From IMG/VR virus record IMGVR_UViG_3300045974_000110, positions 1-63,150 of that record: a stretch of DNA of 63,150 nucleotides, one strand, 5' to 3'. Positions 46,213 to 55,708 of this stretch are shown in pieces. Within the stretch, counting starts at the first letter, position 1, and each line of letters begins with the position of its first letter. A program made the translations under genes and the position numbers. The stretch is from a virus. Its lineage: Duplodnaviria; Caudoviricetes. The notes under the pieces are model-generated. The model saw nothing but the letters and a program-made list of their open reading frames with translations, had not been told where the DNA came from and did not search any database.

Positions 46213-46845
46213 TTACTGGACTTCCGACCACACGCTCTCGATCTGGGCTTCTGGTACGCCGTACATGCGTGCGAGCTCTGACGCCGGGAAGAACCCTTTG
46301 CCGTTGATGATCCCCGCGCGTTCTGTGTCGTTCAGCTTTTTACCGGTTGCTGCTCGAGCAGCGATTCCTCCGCTGCTCGCTGAGCGAACGCTATCGGCGC
46401 CTTCCGCTAGCGTCCTTTGGGCAGGACCCTTGTAGACGTCTCCGTAGTCAGGCAGAACGTACCGCTTCGATGCGATACCAGGCGTGTCGTAGTACCGACC
46501 TGCCTCGCGCTCGTTGTACCGCTTGAGCGCCTCGGCGCTGACTTCCTTCGGGGTCCGGAAGTGCGGCGTCATGAACTTCGCCAGGACGAAGGCGAGCCCT
46601 TGGGCGTACGCCTTGTGCCACTCGGCCTCGACACCGTTCGGGTTCTCCTTGAGGTACGTCACCGACACGTCGAGTTGTTCCCAGACTTCTGCAAGCAGGC
46701 TCATAGTGTACTCCGGTCCATACGTCGTTGTCCCACAGTTGTTCGGGCAGCCGTGGTCTGCCGTCACCCGGTCGAGCGCCTCCTGATCTTTCATGGAGAC
46801 ACACATGTAGCAATGCTCGACCGGGCAACGGAAGACGAGGCTCAC
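46213..46845 (-). CDS. Hypothetical protein with C-terminal HTH-like segment
   Basis: GTGA coupling; ASELARMYGVPEAQI. Confidence 0.6.
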   Translation of the reverse strand: MSLVFRCPVEHCYMCVSMKDQEALDRVTADHGCPNNCGTTTYGPEYTMSLLAEVWEQLDVSVTYLKENPNGVEAEWHKAYAQGLAFVLAKFMTPHFRTPKEVSAEALKRYNEREAGRYYDTPGIASKRYVLPDYGDVYKGPAQRTLAEGADSVRSASSGGIAARAATGKKLNDTERAGIINGKGFFPASELARMYGVPEAQIESVWSEVQ

Positions 46846-47129
46846 AGGATCTGGAGGTCCGTGACGTACAGGACGATGTCGGCCTTGAGCAGGTGCTCGT
46901 CGACCAGCTTGTCGAAGTCCATGCCGTGCTTGTCGTCGCCGTAGACGTTGGGGCCAGTGATCCACCAGCGACCCGCGGCCTTGATGGAGACGTAGTGGTA
47001 GGTACGCGAGCTGCGGAAGAAGGTGCGCTCCCACTGGATGATACTGCCCTCGTCGTAGTCCGAGTCGACGCCGATGTCCTCGCGCGTCAGCTCATCGGTG
47101 TCGGCGAGTGCGATCTCGATCTGTGCCAT
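46842..47129 (-). CDS. Hypothetical protein
   Basis: GGAG RBS; Y.Y..IKA.G.W..TG. Confidence 0.65.
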   Translation of the reverse strand: MAQIEIALADTDELTREDIGVDSDYDEGSIIQWERTFFRSSRTYHYVSIKAAGRWWITGPNVYGDDKHGMDFDKLVDEHLLKADIVLYVTDLQIL

Positions 47130-47161
47130 GTGAAACTCCAGGGTTGTTGAGATGTACGGAC

Positions 47162-47419
47162 TTACTTGATGCCGAGGGCGCGCTGGGTGTTGACGGCGCG
47201 CGTCTGCGACGCGAGGGTGAAGAGGTCGATCCAGCACCCGATGGTGAACAGACCGAGGGTGAACAGGTACAGAATGCCCCTGCCCGACTTGCCGAGGTAG
47301 AACTGGTGGGCTCCGAAGATGCCCAGGAGGAAGAGCCACAGGTACGCGACTCCGACAGACTTCTGGCGACCGGCTGCGAAACCAGTCGTGCCGTTGTTGA
47401 TGGTGATGCTGTGGCTCAT
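47162..47419 (-). CDS. TM2-domain membrane protein
   Basis: KSVGVAYLWLFLLGIFGAHQFYLGK..GILYLFTLG..W.DLF. Confidence 0.9.
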   Translation of the reverse strand: MSHSITINNGTTGFAAGRQKSVGVAYLWLFLLGIFGAHQFYLGKSGRGILYLFTLGLFTIGCWIDLFTLASQTRAVNTQRALGIK

Positions 47420-47440
47420 AAGAACCTCCTTGGAACGAAG

Positions 47441-47479
47441 GACTGCCCCGCCATCCGTCGCGGGAAGGGCGGGGCAGTC
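47441..47479 (-). terminator. Intergenic stem-loop
   Basis: GACTGCCCCGCC...GGCGGGGCAGTC. Confidence 0.65.
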
Positions 47480-47502
47480 GCTACGAGTGGTCCGATTGGA
47501 AC

Positions 47503-47952
47503 CTACTCGGACTCGGTGTCGACGATCTCCGCGTCGGCGGACTCGTCGGACTTGGCCGGCTTCGGGTCGTGGTTGTGACCCAGGTCGCTGTGGTCGAGCG
47601 AGGCGTGGTACTTGAGCGCGGACTCCTCGGTGGCCTGGTTCGCCCAGGAGAGGGTGACGCCGTGGCGCTCGATGAGGTGCGTGCGCGCGTCGCCGTGGGT
47701 GACGACCTTGAGCGACTTCGCCTTGATCGTCTTCGGCTTCTCGGGGACGTAGCTGACCATCTCGATCTTGTCGGCCTCGATGAGCTCGGCCTGCGTGCGG
47801 CCCTTCGGCTTGAGGAGCAGGCCCAGCTCGTTGGCAGCCACAACGGTGCCCTCGATCTCGACGGCGAGCTCGCCCTTGTCGTTCGCCTCGTCGAGGTTGA
47901 CGGTGACGATGACCTTCTTCTCGTTGTACTGGAGGAGGTCGATTCCCTGCAT
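47503..47952 (-). CDS. Hypothetical protein with His-rich C-terminus
   Basis: AAGGA RBS; strong codon bias; R.HL..RHG..H..LGHNH. Confidence 0.75.
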   Translation of the reverse strand: MQGIDLLQYNEKKVIVTVNLDEANDKGELAVEIEGTVVAANELGLLLKPKGRTQAELIEADKIEMVSYVPEKPKTIKAKSLKVVTHGDARTHLIERHGVTLSWANQATEESALKYHASLDHSDLGHNHDPKPAKSDESADAEIVDTESE

Positions 47953-48098
47953 GTCATGTCCTTCGGTAGACGGTCGGAGGTCTGTATGACCCCCGTAGGT
48001 GGGTCCGTGCGCCACGCTAGCGGGTCCGTTCGGTCCCAGCAAGCCCAGGCACGGGTCGATATTCTATCGGCGCAGCGTGCGTTCTAGTGGAGCACGCC

Positions 48099-48380
48099 TT
48101 ACCAGTAGTGCTTGTCGTGCAGCTCGCAAGGCCGGGGACGTAGACAAATGTATCTCTCGCCTCGAGACGAGATGCCTACGAAGAAGGTACACTTCCCCTC
48201 CTTCCAGCTCTCGTCCTCTTCCTCTGTGAGATCGTCTACGTCTGGAACGGGCAGCGGTGGGCCACCCGCCCCAGCACAGTAGGTGATCTCCCAGGTGATC
48301 TTCTCGTAGCCGTGGAGTCGGAGCATCCCATCCTTGGTCAGGGAGAGCTCCTTTCCACACTCGGGACACATACCTGTCAT
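48099..48380 (-). CDS. Cys-rich hypothetical protein
   Basis: CPEC..H..C; coupled to vWA gene. Confidence 0.6.
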   Translation of the reverse strand: MTGMCPECGKELSLTKDGMLRLHGYEKITWEITYCAGAGGPPLPVPDVDDLTEEEDESWKEGKCTFFVGISSRGERYICLRPRPCELHDKHYW

Positions 48381-51160
48381 GCGAGCTTCTTCTCCAGGTG
48401 ATGGATGACCTTGATGAGGTCACCGTCGTCGTGGACTTCGACGGTGTCGAGTCCGTGCTCACGAGGCGAGTCGGTACGGATACCGACACCGAGGAGTGCG
48501 TAACCCTTTTGCGCGCAGGTACGGATCTCGCGCTGGAGGATCTCGAGCTCCTCGTCGTGGTTCTCGGCAGGCATCTTGCCGTCCGAGTAGTAGAGGATGA
48601 TCTTGTCGGTTGCCTTGGACTCGTCGGCACGCTTGCGGAGGAACTCCAAGGCGTGACCGTCGAGGTTGGCAGACGCACTGCCCAGCTCCTGGAGACGCTG
48701 CTGCGTGTGCTTGTCCCACGCCTCGCCGGCCTCACGGATCGGGTAGATCTCCAGCATGATGCCTGACTCGCGGCCAGACAGGACGTTGTCGTACTGGCCG
48801 GAGTGAGCGTAGATGCTGAACGGGATACCGAGTCGATCGAGCATGTTGGCCTGCGCCATCACGGCTCGCTTCTCCAGCTCGATGTTGGTTCCGACTGTGG
48901 AGCCCGACACGTCGATGCCGATCACGACGAAGTAGTTGCGCTTGCCCGGCAGGGTCTTCTTCTTGAAGAGCCGCTCGTCACCGTGGAATGCGCGCCTGCC
49001 CAACACCTTGGCGTTGACCTTGCCGGACTTCAGGTTGCGCTGGTTCTTGCCGCGAGCGTTGTCCTCTAGGACGACTCGCAGCTTCCCAAGCGCAGGCCCG
49101 ATGACGGACTCGGGGATATTGAGGTCGTGTGCCTTGACGTAGTCGTTCCAGGAGCTGGTGGACGACCAGGCTTCGTTGCCATCGTAGTCTCCGTAGCCAG
49201 CCAACGGCTCGGGAACACCGAACTTGTGCCACCGTACGCCGTTGACAAAGCGCGACTCGGTCTCGAAGTAGATCGACTGGTTGATCGCTACTCCGACGGC
49301 CTTCTCGTAGTCGCCCTCCTGAACGGAAGATGGCGGGTCAGCGTGGTCGCCGAACTGCTTGAGGGCTTCCTGTGCTTCCTCGGGCGTCCCGTAGTCAAGT
49401 GCCGACTTCCCATCGTTGTTGGGGTTGTCGAGCAGCGTGACGCCTGTAGCGTCATCCTCGTCATCGGGGTCGCCCAAGTCACCGTGGGAAGTACCCTCGC
49501 CGTCGCCCTCGTCGTCGTTGACAGGGTCGTCAGGGTGCTCCGGAACCGGGGGTGACGCACCCTCTGTAGGCTCCGCGCCCGGTGTGTCGCCGGAGGGGTC
49601 GCTGTACGCCCCATCCCCGCCCTGTCCCCCCGCTGTGGGGTCGCTATCGGCGTCATCCCCGAACTCCTGGCGCTCGATGTCGCCTGTGCCGGAACCAGAT
49701 TCGTCCGACCCGTCCGAGGAGTAGTCGTCGTCGCTTACATCGCCCTCAGAATCGTCTTCTGCATCTGTCGGGCTACCTGCTTCGCCGCCAGTGGACTCAG
49801 ATTCCTCACCGGAGTCATCGCCAGACGGGCCTGCCTCGCCTTCTTCCGACGGCTCGTCAGACGGATCTCCATCTTCTGACTCGTCGTCAGCTGATTGCTC
49901 GGATGGAACAGCATCGCCATCGCCCGACTCATCGGAAGCGTCATCTCCGCTGCCGCCCTCGTCCATGCTGTCGTCAGCAGCGTCAGATCCGGGGTCTTCG
50001 GATTCTCCTGACTCTCCGTCGTCATCGGACTCTCCGTCGTCTCCGGCGGTTGCGTCGTCAGGCTCATCTTCAGATCCCTCACCTGTATCGGGGGAAGGCT
50101 CCCAATCCTCAGAATCGCTATCTCCGCCCTCCTCAGACTCTCCGGCATCGGGCTCGTCGGTGTCGAGCTCATCTGGCTCGGACTCGTCGGAATCTCCTTG
50201 TTCATCTGTCTCCTCGGGCTCTTCTTCGGGCTCAGGCTCGGGTTCTGTGTAGTCCACGTCAGAGGGGTCGATCATAAACCCCATCTCGCGGAGGCGCACA
50301 AGCACGGGGATGCTCAGCGTGTAGACACCCTTGGCCGAACGCACCTGGCTCATCCCCTTGAGGATGCGAGTGAGCTCGGGATCTTCGAGTGCCTCGATGA
50401 TCTGCGGGGCGAACCAAGTCTCGTAGTCGTAGCCCGAGATCTTGGCGAAGATACCCACACAGATCTGTGCGTTCAGCGGCTGCTCTGGCCAGCGAACTGT
50501 CTTGACGCCTCCGCGGCCATCGCTGGACTCGAAGCCGTTGGTGAAGATCTTCTCGACCAGGGCTTCGAACATGGTCTTGACGCCAGGGCGAGCCTGGAAC
50601 ATCAAGGCGTTGACACGCGAGTCCTCGAGTGCGTTGACCAGCGTCGGCAGGTACGGCGAGACCAGGCTGCTGATGTTGAGCCAGTCCCGCTTCTTGTAGT
50701 ACGGTGCCATCGCTACTCGGTGAGCAGTGCCGTGGCCCCACTCGCCGGCCTGGTCGGCTACAGTCTTCTCAATCGCACGCGCTACACTCTCGGCGCTGGG
50801 CACCTTGAAGGTGCCGTAAGCGATGTGAGCGATCTCGTGGTAGATGACTGTGAGGATGTCCTCGCGCAGCCTGCACGCATCGCAGATCATCTGGCCGTCG
50901 TCACCGCGCCGGTCGCAGAGGCGACGGTCGTGCTCGCGCTCCTCGGCCAGCTCGATGGGCGGTCGGAAGAAGATCTTCTTGCCGTCGGTGCTTCCGTTGG
51001 ACTCCTTGCTCAGGACTACCTGCACCGCGTCGTCGCCGGTGAGGGCGCGAGCGTATGCGCTGAGCATCGGGAGCATACCTCGGAACACCTTGACGGCACG
51101 CTTGGCCTTGTCGGAGGTCGTGTCGAGAGTGCCGGTGCGGGAGAACGTGTCGGTACTCAT
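48377..51160 (-). CDS. CobT-like vWA protein with metallopeptidase-like N-terminus and long acidic linker
   Basis: STDG, HEIAH, NALEDSRVN, D/E/S-rich tract, IDVSGS (MIDAS-like), YSDG. Confidence 0.88.
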   Translation of the reverse strand: MSTDTFSRTGTLDTTSDKAKRAVKVFRGMLPMLSAYARALTGDDAVQVVLSKESNGSTDGKKIFFRPPIELAEEREHDRRLCDRRGDDGQMICDACRLREDILTVIYHEIAHIAYGTFKVPSAESVARAIEKTVADQAGEWGHGTAHRVAMAPYYKKRDWLNISSLVSPYLPTLVNALEDSRVNALMFQARPGVKTMFEALVEKIFTNGFESSDGRGGVKTVRWPEQPLNAQICVGIFAKISGYDYETWFAPQIIEALEDPELTRILKGMSQVRSAKGVYTLSIPVLVRLREMGFMIDPSDVDYTEPEPEPEEEPEETDEQGDSDESEPDELDTDEPDAGESEEGGDSDSEDWEPSPDTGEGSEDEPDDATAGDDGESDDDGESGESEDPGSDAADDSMDEGGSGDDASDESGDGDAVPSEQSADDESEDGDPSDEPSEEGEAGPSGDDSGEESESTGGEAGSPTDAEDDSEGDVSDDDYSSDGSDESGSGTGDIERQEFGDDADSDPTAGGQGGDGAYSDPSGDTPGAEPTEGASPPVPEHPDDPVNDDEGDGEGTSHGDLGDPDDEDDATGVTLLDNPNNDGKSALDYGTPEEAQEALKQFGDHADPPSSVQEGDYEKAVGVAINQSIYFETESRFVNGVRWHKFGVPEPLAGYGDYDGNEAWSSTSSWNDYVKAHDLNIPESVIGPALGKLRVVLEDNARGKNQRNLKSGKVNAKVLGRRAFHGDERLFKKKTLPGKRNYFVVIGIDVSGSTVGTNIELEKRAVMAQANMLDRLGIPFSIYAHSGQYDNVLSGRESGIMLEIYPIREAGEAWDKHTQQRLQELGSASANLDGHALEFLRKRADESKATDKIILYYSDGKMPAENHDEELEILQREIRTCAQKGYALLGVGIRTDSPREHGLDTVEVHDDGDLIKVIHHLEKKLA

Positions 51161-51323
51161 ACGCCTCCCTCCTGACAGAGTGGGCAGTCGTCACAGGCGC
51201 TCGGTTGCGTCTGCATCCAGGGACCGTAGACATGGTCGATGTACCAGTCGAAGACGAACTCCGGAACTGGTGGACAGACTAGCCATACGATCTTGTGTCC
51301 AGTTAGGACGAGCCAGCGCTTCA

Positions 51324-51539
51324 TCACCAGCTCCTATCTCTCTTGGGGATCGCAGCCTGCTGGCGGCGATCAGCGTTCACGATGGAGACGTAGTGGCGCT
51401 GACAGGTGGGACGCCACTTATGGCCGTCCCAGACCTGTACAGTCGCGTGCGACCCGCAGCGCTCCTCGCCCCACACGAAGATCCCGATGGAGATCTCGCA
51501 GGTAGCGGGAAACGCCAGGTCACGAGTCTGAACGGACAT
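51324..51539 (-). CDS. Small hypothetical protein
   Basis: Cys pattern; overlaps neighbour. Confidence 0.45.
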   Translation of the reverse strand: MSVQTRDLAFPATCEISIGIFVWGEERCGSHATVQVWDGHKWRPTCQRHYVSIVNADRRQQAAIPKRDRSW

Positions 51540-51861
51540 CGGCGATCACCTTCGGCAGTATAGCCTTGCGGATCTTCTTGAAGTGCTCGAGCTCCTCGTC
51601 GGTCACACCGTACAGGTGCTGGGGCTGAGTGCGCGAACCCGACTGGTAGATGCGCTCGCCCATCATCGTCACGGCAGGGCCGTTGGACAGGTGGAACGTG
51701 AGGCGGGTGATCTCGTAGGCGTACGTCTGTCCGCTCTGCTGCACCTCGTAGTGGAACCACCGCGACTTGGGGTCAAGGTGGACGACGACGGTCGTGCTGA
51801 CGAGCATCTCGATTGGACGGTCAGGAATGTCTCGAGACCACTGCTTGTCCTTGGGGTTCAT
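51520..51861 (-). CDS. Hypothetical protein
   Basis: GGAGG RBS; ATGA coupling. Confidence 0.6.
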   Translation of the reverse strand: MNPKDKQWSRDIPDRPIEMLVSTTVVVHLDPKSRWFHYEVQQSGQTYAYEITRLTFHLSNGPAVTMMGERIYQSGSRTQPQHLYGVTDEELEHFKKIRKAILPKVIADVRSDS

Positions 51862-52049
51862 GCTTCCTCCTTCTCCCATCGACCATCGACTGTGAGTTTC
51901 TGAAGTATCGCTTCCGTTCCATCGGCGCGGAGCCACTTCAGAACACGAATTGCCTTGGGCCTGTTATTGCGAATGACACCAGGCGTACAAACGATCTGAG
52001 TCTTACCATCTGCCCTAGAGGTGAAGACGACTCGATGTGTGGTACTCAT
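51858..52049 (-). CDS. Hypothetical protein
   Basis: Coupled ORF. Confidence 0.5.
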   Translation of the reverse strand: MSTTHRVVFTSRADGKTQIVCTPGVIRNNRPKAIRVLKWLRADGTEAILQKLTVDGRWEKEEA

Positions 52050-52053
52050 CGGA

Positions 52054-53595
52054 TCACCTCTCCATGTGCGAGCGGACGACGTTGAGCATGACTTCCTGGG
52101 CCTCGGGCTCCAGGTAGTCAGCCGCGGCCAGACGGTAGGCCTGAAGGGGCTCGAACCAGCGGAGGGCTCGGGTCACCTTGATCTGAGGCCTGATGCCCCA
52201 GGTGATCGGCAGCGTCTGCTGCTTGGACAGGGTCCGAAGCTCTGCCGAGATCCTCATGACCATATCGAGCTGCTTGCGCTCGGGTGTGAAACCGTCGATC
52301 TCGCAGCGACGCAAGATGATGTCGCGCTCGATCGGCTCGGGCGGCAGGTTCATGAAGATGTGCGACAGACGCGACCCGTCTGCGTCACCGATCTGATCGG
52401 CCCCGACGTTGCGCGAGTCCCACGAGGGGTTCATCGCCATGCCGAGGTAAGCGTCAGGGTGACGGGACAGGCGCTCGCCCTTGTTCTGGTCGAGGACCAG
52501 CTGCTTGCTGTTGTCCGTGAGTGGACGGAAGAACTGCCACACGTCAGGCGGTCCCACGTTCGGCTCGTCGAGGCAGATCACGCTGGGCTTCTGCCACGCC
52601 TGGGGGACGCGACCGTACTCGAAGTACGTTCCCGTCTCCTGGCTGAAGTGGAACTTGCCGGCGAGGTCGTCGAGCTCGGAAGATGCCGTGATGCTGATGC
52701 GCTCGAACGGAAGCTGCATGAGCCACGCGATGTGGCGGAACAGCTCCGTCTTGCCGACACCGGCCTCGCCCCACAGCGCGGGAGTCTCGTCGAGTGCCAC
52801 CCACAGGACGGCGACCTTGTAGACGGCTGCGTTGTGATCGACGTAGAGCTCGGGGTGTTCGTCGTCTCCGGCCTGCGGAACCTTGAGGTACTCCTCGGGG
52901 GAAAAGTAGGACTCTCCATAGATCGGAAGGTCGACGTGCCTGGTGGGGTTCTCGGGGTCGACGATGCGACGCCAAGCCCTGATGCCACCAGCGGCATCCT
53001 TCTCCGTGACGGGAGCGTCAGTCTCGTACTCCCTTGGGTTCGACTCGTACGCGATCTTCCATGCGTCGATGGGTGTGGAAGTCGGGATGTCTCCGACGTT
53101 GTACTCGGGCAGTACGAACATGCCGAGGGTCTCGTCGCGAGGAGTACCGAACACACGGAACTCGCACCCTGTCGCCTCGCGGACGGCTTGGGTGCTGATG
53201 ATGAGCTTGCCCTTGGCGGCGCACAGCCCAGCGGTCCACCCGAGCTCTTCGCCAACAGCTTCCTCGCGGACGTAGTTGGCACAAGACATGCAGGTGCTGA
53301 CCTTGTCATCGGGAACTGCCACGTCGCGAGCGTCCATGTCTGGAAGCATAACTTCCATCTTCCAGGCCGTTGCCGGACTTGGGGGACTGAACGGGGCAGG
53401 CTGACCGTGTGACACACACGAGTTGGCGATCAGCTCCATCGAACGGAACTGCAACTGTGTGGGCTGGTCTGGCCTAGAGAGCGGCTTGCCGAAGCGCTTA
53501 CACATCGGCGAACCGACGCTGCGCTTGAAGACTGATGCGGTCTCTCCCTCGGGAACAAACGAGGGACATCCCGAACAGCTTTTCATGACTGCCAT
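52054..53595 (-). CDS. MoxR/CobS/CbbQ-type AAA+ ATPase with Cys-rich N-terminus
   Basis: GEAGVGKT, CLDEPN, AMNP, DADGSR, WGIR. Confidence 0.9.
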   Translation of the reverse strand: MAVMKSCSGCPSFVPEGETASVFKRSVGSPMCKRFGKPLSRPDQPTQLQFRSMELIANSCVSHGQPAPFSPPSPATAWKMEVMLPDMDARDVAVPDDKVSTCMSCANYVREEAVGEELGWTAGLCAAKGKLIISTQAVREATGCEFRVFGTPRDETLGMFVLPEYNVGDIPTSTPIDAWKIAYESNPREYETDAPVTEKDAAGGIRAWRRIVDPENPTRHVDLPIYGESYFSPEEYLKVPQAGDDEHPELYVDHNAAVYKVAVLWVALDETPALWGEAGVGKTELFRHIAWLMQLPFERISITASSELDDLAGKFHFSQETGTYFEYGRVPQAWQKPSVICLDEPNVGPPDVWQFFRPLTDNSKQLVLDQNKGERLSRHPDAYLGMAMNPSWDSRNVGADQIGDADGSRLSHIFMNLPPEPIERDIILRRCEIDGFTPERKQLDMVMRISAELRTLSKQQTLPITWGIRPQIKVTRALRWFEPLQAYRLAAADYLEPEAQEVMLNVVRSHMER

Positions 53596-53624
53596 AGTAC
53601 CTATCCTCCCTTACGGGGTCAGTG

Positions 53625-53828
53625 TTACTGGTTGTAGTTCTGGGTCTTACGCTTGCGAGGGTTCGTGCGCGCGTTGGCCGACTTCACGTTGTACTCCTGG
53701 TGGTGCTTGGAGCACAGCCGTACCTCGACCTTGATGCCAAGCATCTTGTCGAAGACTTCGTCGGTGTGTGTCGCCTCGCTATTACAGACGAGGTCAGGCT
53801 CGTTGTCGAAGATGCGCTGACACTTCAT
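53625..53828 (-). CDS. Hypothetical protein
   Basis: ATGA coupling; C..C..LC..H. Confidence 0.5.
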   Translation of the reverse strand: MKCQRIFDNEPDLVCNSEATHTDEVFDKMLGIKVEVRLCSKHHQEYNVKSANARTNPRKRKTQNYNQ

Positions 53829-54265
53829 GATGATCCCTTCTGGCAATCTGCGATCGAGAAGTTCATCTCTAGTCGCAGGTTCTGCAGCTCGATGAGTGTA
53901 CTCGTCGACCTGTTCTTGATGTCGATCATCTGTTGACGCGAATCGTTGAGCACCTTGATGCTGTTCAGGTTCATGCCCTGCACAGCAGTGTACTGCATCC
54001 GATCCGTGTCCCCCATGAGGCCCTCGTACCTGTAGACGAGGGCGTTGAGCTCTAGTGCCTGCTTTGCCACCAGCGCGCAAGCGTCTGGGGCGACAGTCAC
54101 GGTCACCGTGGGGGTCGGCTCGGGGGAAGCCGAAGCGGTGACCGTGACTGTCGGTACGGGGGTCGGCTGACTATCAACAGCCGGACTTGTGACCATGCTG
54201 GAGCCGATGACTCCAACACCGACGCAGAGTACTGCTCCGATGCTTAGCAGGCCAACCTTGTTCAT
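53825..54265 (-). CDS. Membrane-anchored protein with PT repeats
   Basis: N-terminal TM; PTVTVT repeats. Confidence 0.7.
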   Translation of the reverse strand: MNKVGLLSIGAVLCVGVGVIGSSMVTSPAVDSQPTPVPTVTVTASASPEPTPTVTVTVAPDACALVAKQALELNALVYRYEGLMGDTDRMQYTAVQGMNLNSIKVLNDSRQQMIDIKNRSTSTLIELQNLRLEMNFSIADCQKGSS

Positions 54266-54435
54266 CGCTCCCACGCGCGGGGAAGGAACCCCCTGCGTGT
54301 GAGCCAGTCGTCGAGCGCGTCGAGGTGGTCGAGCAGGTTGCCCAGCTGACTACCCTCGAGCGTGTCGTCGTCGTCTTGGTCACGCAGCTCACGCGAGCTG
54401 GTGCGGATCTCTGCGAGCGCAGCGTTCGGGTCCAT
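54262..54435 (-). CDS. Small phage protein
   Basis: MDPNAAL..LDDWL..GFLP..W. Confidence 0.65.
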   Translation of the reverse strand: MDPNAALAEIRTSSRELRDQDDDDTLEGSQLGNLLDHLDALDDWLTRRGFLPRAWER

Positions 54436-55202
54436 CAGTGAACCAGCATCTCGTAGGACTTGCCGTCGTTGGACTCGTCGACCTCGGCGATGAGGTAGCC
54501 GTGCGACTTCTCGCACTCCGGCCCGATGCCGTAGTGACGGCTGCGCGGGTCAGTGAGATCCTTGTTGCAGACGCAGCAGTTGCCCTTGAGTCGGGCGTAC
54601 CGAAGTGCGGCTGCTCGGTGGTCGACGATCAGACCGTTGATGACGATCTCGATGTCGAAGTTGTGCCTCGCGTTGCGATAGCGCGAGATCCGACCAGACG
54701 GCCAGAGTGCCCACGCAGGCATGAGCGTCTCGCTGTGCTGGGTGGAGACAAGCGTCGTGCCTGCCCACTTGTTCTTCGCGGTGTGCGCGTAGCGCTTGAC
54801 GCGGACGAAGGTGATCTCCGCGTCGTCGGTCGGCGTCCAGGCGAAGTAGCCATCGGGCAGGAGGTCGAGCATCTGCATGATGACCTTGGTATCGGTCGTG
54901 GACTTCTGAGCCGGGGGCTCGGTCATGACTGGTGCCGCCTTCTTCTTGGCGTCGCGCACCTTGATCAGAGCGTCGATCGTGTACTTGGCCTGATCGAAGG
55001 TTGCGCCCCGCGCGTGGTCAGGGTCGTCGCCGAGGTCGATCATGAACTTGACCTGACGGGGAGTCGCCATCCGAACCAGCGCTGGGTGCGCTGGAGGGGG
55101 TGTGACGACGGGTGCTGCCGGGGCTGCTGCGAGCCCGTAGCAGATCTTTACCTGTTCCACGGACTCGTGTGTGTGTCCGTTAGAGCAGCGGATACTGGCC
55201 AT
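54435..55202 (-). CDS. DUF6011-like zinc-finger protein
   Basis: ATPRQ..; CCVCNKDLTDPRSR..GIGPEC. Confidence 0.75.
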   Translation of the reverse strand: MASIRCSNGHTHESVEQVKICYGLAAAPAAPVVTPPPAHPALVRMATPRQVKFMIDLGDDPDHARGATFDQAKYTIDALIKVRDAKKKAAPVMTEPPAQKSTTDTKVIMQMLDLLPDGYFAWTPTDDAEITFVRVKRYAHTAKNKWAGTTLVSTQHSETLMPAWALWPSGRISRYRNARHNFDIEIVINGLIVDHRAAALRYARLKGNCCVCNKDLTDPRSRHYGIGPECEKSHGYLIAEVDESNDGKSYEMLVH

Positions 55203-55255
55203 CGTTCCTCCCTTGAAGGGGTCTGGACTTGCCGCAGCTTTCCTGCGATGTGCCT

Positions 55256-55285
55256 AGTTTACACTAGACTCACCAGTCGCGTCAA
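55256..55285 (-). promoter_or_regulatory. Putative SigA-type promoter
   Basis: TTGACG-N18-TAAACT on - strand. Confidence 0.55.
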
Positions 55286-55401
55286 CAAGAATAACACTAT
55301 CGGCGCGACACGAACTCTGCGAGGTCGGGGTGACCTGAGGGCTGTTCAGGTGCGGACAGGGTGGACAAGACCCATTCACCTGAACAGCCTTCGGAGCACC
55401 C

Positions 55402-55435
55402 CGACCCCCTCGCCAGGAAGGTGGCGAGGGGGTCG
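55402..55435 (-). terminator. Stem-loop
   Basis: CGACCCCCTCGCCA...TGGCGAGGGGGTCG 14-bp inverted repeat. Confidence 0.7.
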
Positions 55436-55445
55436 AGAACCTGTG

Positions 55446-55598
55446 CTACTTGCCGATGGCCTTGCCGACCTCGAACTTGAGCACCGCGCGCTCGGCCTCG
55501 GTGAGCGCCTCCCACTCGGCGCGGAACGAGCCGAGCTTGTCGCGGGACGGGTCGCCGGTCTTGAAGAAGTCCGAGATGTCCTTGATGGTCGCGGCCAT
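55446..55598 (-). CDS. Small hypothetical protein
   Basis: GGAGG RBS; FRAEW.ALT..ER. Confidence 0.65.
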   Translation of the reverse strand: MAATIKDISDFFKTGDPSRDKLGSFRAEWEALTEAERAVLKFEVGKAIGK

Positions 55599-55708
55599 GA
55601 GTGCCTCCAGTTTCTGGGTCGGACGGGACTGTCCCGCCATAGACAGAACGGGACCAGGATGACTGGCCCCGTTCTGACTATGGTGTGGCAGGGTCTAGCT
55701 GGTGTGCG

